NCBI GenBank assembly: GCA_963848695.1 | Contig: CAWKEI010000010.1 | Location: forward strand, 85,679 to 149,678 | DNA length: 64,000 bases | Origin: an uncultured Acidobacteriota bacterium | GTDB lineage: Bacteria > Actinomycetota > Acidimicrobiia > Spongiisociales > ZC4RG35 | Direction of reading: 5' to 3' | Shown here: in pieces, positions 10,758-22,467 of the stretch | Layout: each line of letters starts with the position of its first letter | Numbering within the stretch: position 1 is the first letter of the stretch | Notes under the pieces: generated by a model | The model's input: only the letters and a program-made list of their open reading frames with translations | Told to the model about the DNA's origin: nothing | Databases searched by the model: none | Program-made: the position numbers and the translations under genes

Positions 10758-11332
10758 GATTCGAACACCTGGGGCTCGATCTGGAAATCGGTGACGGTGC
10801 TGAAGTCGCTCGATGGGACGAAATACCCCGTGAGCCACTGATGGGTGAACACCACCTCGACTCCGATGCGGTCGAGATCGGGGGCCCGCACATCACGGCT
10901 CGAGGGATCCCAGCCCGGCACGGCGTAGGTGTCCCGGAACGGCTCGGGGCACGGCGTCCAGTCACAACAGCCGGTGAGGGGTGGCACCCCAACGGGTGTG
11001 TTGCTGGTGCAGTCGCTGCCCGGCGCGTAGGAGTAGTCCTCCCCGATTCCTGGGGATTCGCCGTTGAAGATGCGCACATCTATCCCGTTGGCGATCCCGG
11101 CCGGAGCCAGTGTCGCCTCGACGTCGCGGAGGATCTGGATGTCGGCGGTCGGGTCATCACCATATGTGGCTCCTGCCCTGGCCCCTTCCCGGGCAGCATG
11201 GCTCACCGACAGCCAGTCCTTGAAGGCGAGACCCAACTCGACGACCGCAAAGAGGGCGAGGAAGAGCAGGGCGTAGACCATTGCCGCCTCGACGAGGGTG
11301 GCCCCTCGCTCGTCACGTCTTCCAGTTGTCAT
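10754..11332 (-). CDS. TadE-like pseudopilin (cassette 3, gene b)
   Basis: MTTGRRDERGATLVEAAMVYALLFLALFAVVELGLAF. Paralog of 7925-8512. Confidence 0.7.
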   Translation of the reverse strand: MTTGRRDERGATLVEAAMVYALLFLALFAVVELGLAFKDWLSVSHAAREGARAGATYGDDPTADIQILRDVEATLAPAGIANGIDVRIFNGESPGIGEDYSYAPGSDCTSNTPVGVPPLTGCCDWTPCPEPFRDTYAVPGWDPSSRDVRAPDLDRIGVEVVFTHQWLTGYFVPSSDFSTVTDFQIEPQVFES

Positions 11333-11504
11333 TTGCCCCCATCCCGATCCTGGTCCCAGCAACCACCGTTCGTGAGTTCCGACTACCCAGAGTGGTCGCC
11401 AAGGACGCAAACCGGGCACGAGAGTGCTCGCGAATCCCGCTCAGGCTACGTCGCAGATTTTCGCTGACAAGGGGGGTTCGGCCAAAAAAACGCCGAGTGA
11501 ACCG

Positions 11505-12259
11505 CTACTGGGCGACCAGTCGGCGGTTCTTCATCTTGGCCTTGAGGTAATCGGAGTTCATCATGGCGATGAAGTCGATCGAGATCGACTTCGGGCAAGC
11601 CTTCTCGCACTCGCCATGGTTGGTGCACGAGCCGAAGTACTGCTCCATCATCTCAACCATGTCTTCGGTGCGCGACCAGCGCTCCGCCTGACCCTGGGGG
11701 AGCAGGTTGAGATGGCTGATCTTGGCGGCCGTGAAGAGATTGGCAGCACCGTTCGGGCATGCCGCTACGCAGGCCCCGCACCCGATACACGCGGCCGCGT
11801 CGAAGGCGATGTCGGCGGCAGGCTTCGGCACCGGGGTCAGGTTGGCGTCGGGTGCCGAGCCGGTGTCGACCGTGATGTATCCGCCGGCTTCGATGATGCG
11901 GTCGAATGTGCTGCGATCGACCACCAGATCCTTGACGAGGGGAAAGCCGGCCGCCCGCCACGGCTCGACGGTGATCGTCGCCCCGTTCTCGAATTTCCGC
12001 ATGTGGAGCTGGCAGGTGGCCGTGCCCAGCTGTGGGCCGTGTGCCTGGCCGTCGATCATGACTCCGCACGACCCGCAGATCCCCTCGCGGCAGTCGTGGT
12101 CGAAAGCGACAGGCTCGTCACCCTGGTTGGCCAGCCGCTCGTTGAGGACGTCGAGCATCTCCAGGAACGACATTTCCTCTGAGATCCCGGCCACCTCGTA
12201 TGTCTTGAACCCGCCGGGTAGGTCCGGGCCCTCCTGACGCCAGATCTGGAGCGTGACGT

Positions 12260-12263
<4 letters not shown>
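11505..12263 (-). CDS. sdhB: succinate dehydrogenase / fumarate reductase iron-sulfur subunit
   Basis: Three Fe-S cluster Cys motifs are present: [22 protein letters not shown] and CxxxGxCxxxCP. GTG start overlaps the sdhA stop. Confidence 0.85.
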
Positions 12264-14178
<1,915 letters not shown>

Positions 14179-14182
<4 letters not shown>

Positions 14183-14919
14183 CCGACGAACCCGAAGTAC
14201 ACCGCAAGGGGCATGATCGAGTTGCCCACGGTGACCAGCACCGCCAGCCCGATCGCGAACCACCGCCGCAGCGGGTTGAAGCGTGGGTGGTTGATCCCGA
14301 GGCTCTGGAACATCGACCAGGCGCCGTGATAGAGATGGAGGCCGAGTAGCACCATCGCGATCACATAGAAGGCGGTGACCGGCGCCCGGGAGAAAGAGGC
14401 GACGAAGTTGGCGTAGACCTCGCCCCTGGCCCAGACCTCGGGGGCGGCCGGCTGGATCCCCCAGGTGAGGTCGGCGAGGTGGAAGAGGAGGAAGGCGGCG
14501 AAGATCACGCCGCTCCAGCGCATGGTCCGGCTGGCGTAGTTGGCGGCGACATAGGTGCGGGGCCCCTGGTAGTTCTCGGGTCGGGCCTTGCGATTCATCA
14601 GAGTCAGGGAGTAGGCGGCGTGGATATGGAAGAGGAAGGCCACGATCAACCCGGTGCGGAGGATCCAAAGAGCGACATGGGCGGGTAGGAAGGGGACCAG
14701 CAGTTCACGCAATGCCTCGGCGTAGATGTCGATGTCCGGCACGCCGTTGACATCGGGCAGGAAGATCTTCCAGTTGCCCACCATGTGCGCCAGGACGAAG
14801 ACGATGATGCCGAGACCGGTGAGCGCCATCACCCATTTCTTGCCGACCGCCGATCGATAGAAGCTGACCGGCCAGGGCGCTTTTCTCTGCTCGATCGTGG
14901 CGGACACCGCACCACCCAT
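14179..14919 (-). CDS. sdhC: succinate dehydrogenase cytochrome b membrane subunit
   Basis: About 246 aa, five predicted TM helices. Immediately upstream of sdhA and sdhB in the same orientation. Confidence 0.65.
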
Positions 14920-15045
14920 TATGGCAACTCTTGGTCTCCGGGGAATCACTCGGCGCCACAAGGAGAAATTCGGCACTCCGGGTTGACGGCGCGCGCGGGT
15001 GGTCGTAATCTCAAACGTGTAATTACACGGTTGTGAGGAGACCTG

Positions 15046-15321
15046 ATGCAGAGCAAGCTCATCCAAGCCTTGGCTATTGGTGAGCTTTCCTGGCAGGACT
15101 ACGCCAACTGCCGAGGCGCCGATGCCGACCTCTTCTTCCCCGAGCGGGGGGCTTCCACCCGGAAGGCGAAGGCGATCTGTGCCGCATGCGAGGTGAAGGC
15201 GGAATGCCTCGACTATGCGGTCGACATGGGCGAGAAATTCGGCATCTGGGGTGGTCTCAGTGAGCGCGAGCGCCGTCGGGTTCGGCGCGAGCGAACGCAA
15301 CGGGAACGCAAGGTCGGTTGA
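15046..15321 (+). CDS. whiB: WhiB-family transcriptional regulator
   Basis: 91 aa with four Cys (C-x22-C-x2-C-x5-C) and the C-terminal GIWGG turn plus a basic tail, the canonical Wbl architecture. Confidence 0.8.
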   Translation: MQSKLIQALAIGELSWQDYANCRGADADLFFPERGASTRKAKAICAACEVKAECLDYAVDMGEKFGIWGGLSERERRRVRRERTQRERKVG

Positions 15322-15363
15322 CACGTACTTGGTACCTGGTACCTGGTACCAGGTATTCGGTAC

Positions 15364-15828
15364 CTAGAGGTAGAGACCGGTCTGGTCCTCGCCTGGATTC
15401 GGGGTCGTGGGCGGGACCAGGGCTCTCTTTTGCATCTCCGCCAGCTGTGATTGCGCCGCCATCTGCTGACTCCACAAGGATGCCTGGATCCCGTGGAACA
15501 GCCCTTCGAGCCAGCCGATGAGCTGGGCCTGGGCGATACGCAGCTCGGCCTCGGTGACACCGGCCTGGTCGAGGGGGACCATGATCTCGTCGAATTCGTC
15601 GAGTAGCTCCGGGGACAGGATCTCCCGCAGCTCGTCGAGAGATCGGGAGTGAACGTTCGCCAGCCGCTTCCGTCCCCCGTCGTCGAGTGGGGCGTGTCGC
15701 ACCTCTTCGAGCATGGCCCGGGTCATCGAGGCGATCCGGATCAGCTTGGTCGGTTGGGAGACGGGTGGCTCCGACTGCTCCTCGTCAGGCGCTTCCTCCA
15801 CCGCATCCGGCTTAACCGCTTCTTCCAT
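15364..15828 (-). CDS. bpa: bacterial proteasome activator Bpa/PafE-like (DUF2587)
   Basis: Core AELRIAQAQLIGWLEGLFHGIQ and a C-terminus ending ...GLYL. Recalled similarity to mycobacterial Rv3780. Not verifiable without a search. Confidence 0.6.
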   Translation of the reverse strand: MEEAVKPDAVEEAPDEEQSEPPVSQPTKLIRIASMTRAMLEEVRHAPLDDGGRKRLANVHSRSLDELREILSPELLDEFDEIMVPLDQAGVTEAELRIAQAQLIGWLEGLFHGIQASLWSQQMAAQSQLAEMQKRALVPPTTPNPGEDQTGLYL

Positions 15829-15907
15829 GACCTCAGCCTAAAGCCAATCCATTCTCGCGCGCCGATGTCGACCTATAGACCGACATCGCCGCGCCAAAAG
15901 GGTCGGG

Positions 15908-16906
15908 TCAGGCCCTGACCTCGTCCCGCATGAAGGCGATGTAGGCGGCGGCGAACATCACCGCGGTGAGGGCGACCAGGATGGCGATCTGGGGCCAGAC
16001 CACGGCGAGACTCTGGGTGAGGTTGAGCTCGGAGACGATGGCCCGGTCGACCTGCTCCTGGGTGACCAGCCCGACGGTGCGGACCTCCGGGTCGAGCAGC
16101 ACGCTCGACACCTGCTGGAACAAGGTCACCGGTGAGAGCTGGGACACGGCTTGCTGGGTCTGGAGGTAGGCCACCTCGGCCGCCTGCGACCCATCCCGCG
16201 GGCTGAGGACACTGGCGATGGCGCCGAAGATGAATGATCCGAACAGGGTCAGGACCAACCAAACCCCGATCGGGATCATCGCCGAGGTCGAGGCCCTTTT
16301 GGCGAGAACCGAGCTCAGAGTGGCGAGTGCCTGCCAGAAGCCGACGTAGATGATGGCAAAGACCAGCCACACCGCGAGGCGCGAGATCTCGGTAGGAGTG
16401 GGCACCAGCCCGAGCCTCACGATCCCGATGCCGGACACGAAGAGCACCAGCGCGGTGAGCATGATCGCCACCACCGTGAGGCCGGCCACGAACTTGCCGA
16501 GGATCACCTCGTCGCGATGGATCGGTTGGGAGAGGAGCCGTGGGAGCGTGCCCTGCGATCGTTCGCCGCTGACCGCGTCGAACCCGAACATGATCCCGAG
16601 GAGCGGGGCGAGAAAGCCCACGAACACGATCAGCGGGAACGGGACCGGGTCTGCGGTGACGGTGAACAGCTTCAAGAAAAGCGCCGTGATCCCCTGGGCG
16701 TTCGGGGCGACGTCGCGAATCCCACCGGAGGCGGCGAACACCGCAGCCGCGGTGGCGATCCCGAGCACTCCCATGAGGACGACGAACCGCCCCGAGAGCA
16801 GGTGGTCGGCGATCTCTTTCCTGGCTACCGCTCTCCAACCTCCCACCCGGGGGGTCGGCTCGGCGGCGGGCACCTCTTCGGCAGCGACTTCGGTTTCGTT
16901 GGTCAC
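15908..16906 (-). CDS. ABC-2 family transporter permease
   Basis: 332 aa, 6-7 hydrophobic segments. Start overlaps the upstream ATPase stop. Confidence 0.7.
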   Translation of the reverse strand: MTNETEVAAEEVPAAEPTPRVGGWRAVARKEIADHLLSGRFVVLMGVLGIATAAAVFAASGGIRDVAPNAQGITALFLKLFTVTADPVPFPLIVFVGFLAPLLGIMFGFDAVSGERSQGTLPRLLSQPIHRDEVILGKFVAGLTVVAIMLTALVLFVSGIGIVRLGLVPTPTEISRLAVWLVFAIIYVGFWQALATLSSVLAKRASTSAMIPIGVWLVLTLFGSFIFGAIASVLSPRDGSQAAEVAYLQTQQAVSQLSPVTLFQQVSSVLLDPEVRTVGLVTQEQVDRAIVSELNLTQSLAVVWPQIAILVALTAVMFAAAYIAFMRDEVRA

Positions 16907-17856
16907 GCCGGCACCTCCTCGACCTCGTTCTCCACCTCGAAGTAGCGGCGATAGATGGTCTCCAGGTCTTCATCGAGCCGGTGGACCCCGATCACATCTG
17001 CACCCTGGGACACCAGACCGCTGACGGCCGGCGCCAGCGAACCGGCCTCGAGATCCGCCACCCAGGAGCCGGGTGCCCGGCCCGGGGTGACGCCGCTGAC
17101 GGTCCCCAGCGACTCCAGCTGGGCCTTGCCTTTCGAGGGCTCTCCGCCGAGACGGAATTCGACCCTGATCTGACCACCCTTGTCCACGGCCGCCAGCTCA
17201 TGAGGCGTGCCCTGAGCGACGACCTTGCCACGAACGAAGATGGCGACCCGGTCGCAAACGGTCTGGACCTGGTGGAGCAGATGGCTGGCGAGGAGGACGG
17301 TCACCCCTTCCTCCTTGGCCAGGCGCTGGATCAGTGCGAGCATCTCGACCACGCCCTCGGGGTCGATGGCAGTGGTGGGCTCGTCCAGGATCAAGACCGA
17401 TGGTCCTTTCACCAGTGCGTCGGCCACGCCGAGCCGCTGCTTCATCCCTCGCGAGTACTCGCCGGCGGGCTGGTCGGCGGCATCGGCCAGGCCGACCAGG
17501 CCGAGGAGCGACTCGATCAGGTCCTCGAAGTCTTCCAGCCCGTTGAGTCGGGCAGTGAAGCGCAGGTTCTCCCGTCCCGTCATCGGGTCATAGAACCCGA
17601 CCGCGTCCGGCAGATAGCCCACCTTTCGCTTGACCTCGATCGGGTTCCATCTCGGGTCGAGGCCCAGAACCTCGATCTTCCCCTTGGTCGGCTCGATGAG
17701 ACCGAGCAGCATGAGGATGGTCGTCGTCTTGCCGGCTCCGTTCGGGCCGAGCAAGCCGAAGACCTCTCCGGCGTCGATTTCGAGGTCGAGCCTGTCGACC
17801 ACGGTGTGCTCGCCGTAGGTCTTGGTCAGCTTCCTGGAACGGATAGTCGTAGCCAT
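16903..17856 (-). CDS. ABC transporter ATP-binding protein
   Basis: Walker A GPNGAGKTT, signature YSRGMKQRL, Walker B VLILDEPT. Confidence 0.85.
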   Translation of the reverse strand: MATTIRSRKLTKTYGEHTVVDRLDLEIDAGEVFGLLGPNGAGKTTTILMLLGLIEPTKGKIEVLGLDPRWNPIEVKRKVGYLPDAVGFYDPMTGRENLRFTARLNGLEDFEDLIESLLGLVGLADAADQPAGEYSRGMKQRLGVADALVKGPSVLILDEPTTAIDPEGVVEMLALIQRLAKEEGVTVLLASHLLHQVQTVCDRVAIFVRGKVVAQGTPHELAAVDKGGQIRVEFRLGGEPSKGKAQLESLGTVSGVTPGRAPGSWVADLEAGSLAPAVSGLVSQGADVIGVHRLDEDLETIYRRYFEVENEVEEVPA

Positions 17857-17858
17857 TG

Positions 17859-19076
17859 TCAGCGACGGCCGAAGCGCCGGAACACCCAGGCCAGCCCGGC
17901 GAGCGTCAGAGCGATGACCGCGATGCCGACGAATCCCCAAATCGCCGAGGGGTTGACCGTCGTGCGGATCTCCATCTCGGCGTCAGCCTCCTCGTGGGTG
18001 GCGGTGAAGGTGATCACATAGTCGCCGGCGACCGCTTCCTCCGAGGGGGTGATGGTTGCCGTGACCGGCACGGACTCTCCCGGGCCAACCGCGACTGTGT
18101 CGTTGTCGAAGACGACATCCCAACCGCTCGGGGGGGTGACACCCATGGTGACCGCCTCGAGAGGGGCCGTACCGGTGTTGGTGAGAAGAATCTGGAAGTC
18201 GCTGGAGCTTCCCACCGTCACCTCGGCGTTGAGACGCTGGTCTGCGGTGGACATCTCCAAGGCGAACGAGCCGACGACCTCGACGATCATCTCGGTCTCG
18301 ACCGTGGTTCCCGGGGCAGTCGCCTGGAGGGTCACCGGGTACTGGGCAGCCTCGGCACTGAACGGCGGAGTGACCGCGACATTGATCGTCTGCGTGCCCC
18401 CGGCCTCGACCAGGACGGTGGAGGCCTGGGCCTGCCCGGAGAGCTCGGCGGTGACATCCCACCCGGAGGGGGCGGTCGGAGTGAGCTCGAATTCGAGATC
18501 GGCCGGCGTGCTGTTGGCCAACTCGACGTCAAAGGTCACGGCCTCACCAGCGGGGGTGCGGAGACCGGGGAAGTTGGGAGTGAGTGTGACCTCACCTCCG
18601 GCCTGTGCCGACACCCGGACTGCAATCGGGAGCGTGACCGTCTCACCCCCACCTGAGGCGGTGATCGTCATCGGGTAATCGCCTTCGGTCGCGCTGGTCG
18701 GGACGGTGACGTCGAAGGTGAGCTCCGGCTCCAGCCCTGGCCCGGCGGTCACCGAGTCGACTTCGAAGCCGCCGCCACGGAACGCGGCTGTCCACCCTTC
18801 AGGAGTGCCGTCGACTGCCAGGGTGACCGGGACCTGGGCCGGGGCACTGACGGTCAGAGCGAAGCTGACCTGGTCCCCGGGCTCGACCGCCACCGACGGG
18901 AACGGTGTGCTGACGGTCAGGGCGGTGGCCGGGAGCGTCGTCGGTGTCTCTTCGGTCTGGGCGAGGGCGGCAGGCGCTACGGCCAGCGTGGACACCACGG
19001 CCAACGCCACCAACAATTGCCTCTTCGACGCCAACGTGATCAGAGCTCCTTCTTCATCGGTTTTGGGCACAAACAC
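17859..19076 (-). CDS. secreted repeat protein with C-terminal membrane anchor (NEW3/CARDB-like beta-sandwich repeats)
   Basis: Signal peptide, three to four repeats of about 90 aa (PSGWDV...VTPP/ITPS), C-terminal TM helix plus RRFGRR. Gene sits 5' of the ABC-2 ATPase and permease. Confidence 0.45.
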   Translation of the reverse strand: MFVPKTDEEGALITLASKRQLLVALAVVSTLAVAPAALAQTEETPTTLPATALTVSTPFPSVAVEPGDQVSFALTVSAPAQVPVTLAVDGTPEGWTAAFRGGGFEVDSVTAGPGLEPELTFDVTVPTSATEGDYPMTITASGGGETVTLPIAVRVSAQAGGEVTLTPNFPGLRTPAGEAVTFDVELANSTPADLEFELTPTAPSGWDVTAELSGQAQASTVLVEAGGTQTINVAVTPPFSAEAAQYPVTLQATAPGTTVETEMIVEVVGSFALEMSTADQRLNAEVTVGSSSDFQILLTNTGTAPLEAVTMGVTPPSGWDVVFDNDTVAVGPGESVPVTATITPSEEAVAGDYVITFTATHEEADAEMEIRTTVNPSAIWGFVGIAVIALTLAGLAWVFRRFGRR

Positions 19077-19178
19077 TGGAAATGACCGCAGAGACCCTAA
19101 AACGATGATAAATCCATTGAGAAAACCGTTCCTAATGCTGGCGTCATGGATATGCGACGCACTGCGTTCGGCCTGGCC

Positions 19179-20057
19179 CTATTGCTCGGCCATCTGGGAG
19201 AGTCGTTCGCTGCTGATCCGGACCTCGACACCGAGCTCGTGCTCGGCACCCCCGTGGTAGACGCCACGCAAAGGCATCACATCCTGATAGTCCCGGCCGT
19301 GGCCGATCTTGACATGCAGCTCACCGACAGGCTGGGCATTGGTGGGGTCGAGGGCCCACCAGCCGTAGCCGGGAATGAAGACCTCGATCCAGGCGTGGGT
19401 CTGAACGCTGAGCTCGGGCTGGTCTGGGGCCACGGCCGCTGTCTGGTCGGCGGCATATAGATAGCCGGACACGTAGCGGGCCGGGATTCCAACGCTTCGA
19501 TACATGGCGATGCCGAGATGGGCGAAGTCCTGACAGACCCCTTTGCCCTGAGTCAGCACGTCGCCGACGTCCATCCCCACGTACGTGGCCCCCGGAACGT
19601 AAGCGAGCTGGGAGGTGACGGTATCCGAGACGGTTGTCGCCACCTCGACCATGCCGTCGGATCGCCCGAGCGCTTCTCGAGCAATCGCCTCGATCTCGCC
19701 GTCCCAGGCGGCATGTGGCGAAGGCCGGAGATAGGTCGACAATTCGCCGCGCACCGTGTCCAACGAGTCAATGGGCGCGTCGTCCTCAGGGAACGTGGGT
19801 GCGCTGGTCTCGACCGTCGACTCTGCCCTGACCCTGAGCAATTCGTGCGGTTGGACGATCCCGAATTCGTCTACCCGCGTCCCCCAGTAGTCGGTGTAGG
19901 TGTGAACCTGAGTCACCGGGTCCACGTCGACCCGATAGCTCACCAGCCGCTGGTTCTCGGTGCTCGCCGGGCATGCCCTGAGCAGATTGTGCGACTCCCA
20001 CGCCGGCTCGCTGTAGTTGAACTCGTTCAGGTAGCGGATCTCGAGCCTCATGCCCAC
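19179..20057 (-). CDS. transglutaminase family protein (N-terminal bacterial TGase-like domain plus Cys-protease core)
   Basis: GKGVCQDFAHLGIAMYRSVGIPARYVSGY and HAWIEVFIPGYGWWALDPTN form the Cys-His-Asp transglutaminase core. Confidence 0.8.
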   Translation of the reverse strand: MGMRLEIRYLNEFNYSEPAWESHNLLRACPASTENQRLVSYRVDVDPVTQVHTYTDYWGTRVDEFGIVQPHELLRVRAESTVETSAPTFPEDDAPIDSLDTVRGELSTYLRPSPHAAWDGEIEAIAREALGRSDGMVEVATTVSDTVTSQLAYVPGATYVGMDVGDVLTQGKGVCQDFAHLGIAMYRSVGIPARYVSGYLYAADQTAAVAPDQPELSVQTHAWIEVFIPGYGWWALDPTNAQPVGELHVKIGHGRDYQDVMPLRGVYHGGAEHELGVEVRISSERLSQMAEQ

Positions 20058-21001
20058 CTCTGCGAATGGAGCTGCAGGTCGGTGCCGGCACGGAAGAAGT
20101 GGTCCTCCACCTCCTCGGAGACCTGATAGATCTCCTTCTGCAGCAATTCGAGGAAATGGTCGAGCCGCTCACCGAGAATGCTGGGGATGTCGGTGAACTC
20201 GGCCTGGGCTCGTACCTTTCCGATCGCTCGCTCCATGCTGGTTTGATGACTCGAACCGGCGAGGCGGTCGATCAGGCGCTCGACCTGTTGGAGGCAATAG
20301 AGGACGCTGCGGGGGAACTCCGGGTCGAGGAGGAGGAACTCGAGAACATCGGTCGGGTCGAGAGATGCGTCGTGCGCCTTGAGGTATGCCTCGTAGGCAG
20401 ACACCGACTTGAGCACCGAGACCCAGGAGTGGAACTCCGACTGCTCCTCGCTACCGGCGAGCCGCGCATAACGGACGGAAAGCAGGCGGCAAGTCATCTC
20501 CGCACGTTCCAGCAAGAGCCCGAGCAGCATGAAGCGGTAGCCCTCGTCCCGGGGCATGGTCTGGGCGGCGACACCGCTGATGAGCTGGCACCGGCGCTTG
20601 ATGGTGCCGAACACCTCGTAGGCGCGGCGATCCAGGTCGAGATGGAAGTCGGCATGGGTCAGCTCGAGATGGAATACGTTGATCGCCTCCCACAACTCGG
20701 TCGAGATGCGGTCCCGCAGCCCGCGTGCGTTGTCTCGGGCGCGGTCGACTGACGAGATGATCGAACCCGGGTTGGTTCGGTCGGCGACCAGGTAGGTGCT
20801 GACCGCTCCACTCTCCATCGGACCCTCGTAGAGCGCGTTGACATAGAGGACCTCGAGCAGCTCGCCCCAGGTGGTGGCCGCCCGGTCTCCGGGCGACTCG
20901 AGCAGGTTGTGATAGGTCACGTCGAGCATTCGTGCGGTGTCTTCGGCCCGCTCGACATAGCGGCCAACCCAGAACAGGTCTTCAGCGTGCCGTGACAGCA
21001 C
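20048..21001 (-). CDS. alpha-E domain protein (DUF403)
   Basis: N-terminus LSRHAEDLFWVGRYVERAEDTARMLDV is characteristic of alpha-E proteins that partner with circularly permuted ATP-grasp enzymes. Confidence 0.75.
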   Translation of the reverse strand: MLSRHAEDLFWVGRYVERAEDTARMLDVTYHNLLESPGDRAATTWGELLEVLYVNALYEGPMESGAVSTYLVADRTNPGSIISSVDRARDNARGLRDRISTELWEAINVFHLELTHADFHLDLDRRAYEVFGTIKRRCQLISGVAAQTMPRDEGYRFMLLGLLLERAEMTCRLLSVRYARLAGSEEQSEFHSWVSVLKSVSAYEAYLKAHDASLDPTDVLEFLLLDPEFPRSVLYCLQQVERLIDRLAGSSHQTSMERAIGKVRAQAEFTDIPSILGERLDHFLELLQKEIYQVSEEVEDHFFRAGTDLQLHSQRWA

Positions 21002-22418
21002 GACCCACCCCGTTGTTCAGCACCCATGTGTCCTTGGAGCCGCCACCCTGTGACGAGTTCACGATCAACGATCCCTCCCTCAGTGCCACCCGGGTGAGCC
21101 CGCCGGGCACCACCTCGATCCGCTCCCCACTGATGACGAAGGGGCGTAGGTCGACGTGGCGCGGCTCGAGATGCCCGCCCACGAAGGTGGGATGGGTGGA
21201 GAGCTGGACGATCTCCTGGGCGACGTATCCGCGCGGGTTGGCCCGGAGGGCGGCGGCCGTCATCTCCAGGGTCGCCTCATCGGCCACGGTGCCAATCACG
21301 ATCCCGTAGCCGCCGGCCTCGGCGACAGGCTTCACCACCAGCTGGTCGAGCCGGCTCAGGATTAGCTCGAGCTGTTCGGGCTCCCAGGGGAGATAGGTGG
21401 TGACATTGGGGAGGATCGGTTCTTCACCCAGGTAGTAGCGGACCAGATCAGGAATGTACGGATAGACGCCCTTGTCGTCGACCGCTCCGTTCCCGATCGC
21501 ATTGGCGATCGTCACCGATCCCGCCCGGGCCGCGCCATGGAGACCGGGGACACCGAGCAGGCTGTCCTGACGGAATACGACCGGATCGAGGAACTCGTCG
21601 TTGACCCTTCGGTAGATCACATCGACCTGCTTGAGGCCCTGGGTGGTGCGCATGAACACTTGCCGGTCGTCGACGAGCAGGTCGCGGCCTTCGACCAATT
21701 CGATGCCCATCTGCCGGGCGAGGAAGGCATGTTCGAAGTACGCCGAGTTGGACACGCCAGGGGTGAGCACGACGACGGTGGGATCGGTGACGATCGGTGG
21801 GGCGATGGAGCGCAAGGCGCGCAACAGCGAGGCCCCATAGTGGTCCACCGGGCGAATGGAGTGGCTGGCGAATCCGACCGGCAGGATCCGGGTCATCGCC
21901 ACCCGGTTCTCGAGGACATAGGAGATGCCGCTGGGGACGCGCAGGTTGTCTTCGAGCACCCGATAGGTGCCCTCGTCGTCGCGGACGATGTCGATGCCGG
22001 CGACAACACAACGCGAGCCCTGCGGGGCGGGGATCCCGTGAGCCTCCCTGACATAGCCATCGGCGGTCTCGACCAACCATCGGGGGATGACGCCATCGAG
22101 GATCGCCTGCTGACCGCCGACGTAGAGGTCGTCGAGGAAGCGGTTGAGCACGGTGACCCGTTGAACCAGCCCGGCCTCGATGTGGTCCCACTCGTCGGCG
22201 GGGATGATCCTCGGCACCAGATCCATCGGCCAGGTGCGCTCGAGCCCGCTCTCATGACCGGTGACGGCAAAGGTGATGCCGAGGGTGCGGAAGAACGAAT
22301 CGAGCATCCCGAGCCGGTCGGAGAGCTCTGCATCACCGATCTCGCTGAGCCGATTCATCAGCGCCCGGTAGTGGGGACGAACCCCGTCGGGGCCGTGAAC
22401 CTCGTCGAAGCTGCCCAT
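20982..22418 (-). CDS. circularly permuted ATP-grasp protein (DUF404/DUF407 type)
   Basis: 478 aa. Family assignment from conserved gene order with the alpha-E and transglutaminase genes and from N-terminal GPDGVRPHYRAL. Confidence 0.75.
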   Translation of the reverse strand: MGSFDEVHGPDGVRPHYRALMNRLSEIGDAELSDRLGMLDSFFRTLGITFAVTGHESGLERTWPMDLVPRIIPADEWDHIEAGLVQRVTVLNRFLDDLYVGGQQAILDGVIPRWLVETADGYVREAHGIPAPQGSRCVVAGIDIVRDDEGTYRVLEDNLRVPSGISYVLENRVAMTRILPVGFASHSIRPVDHYGASLLRALRSIAPPIVTDPTVVVLTPGVSNSAYFEHAFLARQMGIELVEGRDLLVDDRQVFMRTTQGLKQVDVIYRRVNDEFLDPVVFRQDSLLGVPGLHGAARAGSVTIANAIGNGAVDDKGVYPYIPDLVRYYLGEEPILPNVTTYLPWEPEQLELILSRLDQLVVKPVAEAGGYGIVIGTVADEATLEMTAAALRANPRGYVAQEIVQLSTHPTFVGGHLEPRHVDLRPFVISGERIEVVPGGLTRVALREGSLIVNSSQGGGSKDTWVLNNGVGRAVTAR

Positions 22419-22467
22419 CGGCCGAGTGTATTGAGCGAGATGTTCCCGCTCTGCGTCGGCCGGTGCG

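Noticed and set aside
16981-18021. 346-aa + strand ORF
   Set aside because: Antisense to the ABC ATPase and NEW3 genes.
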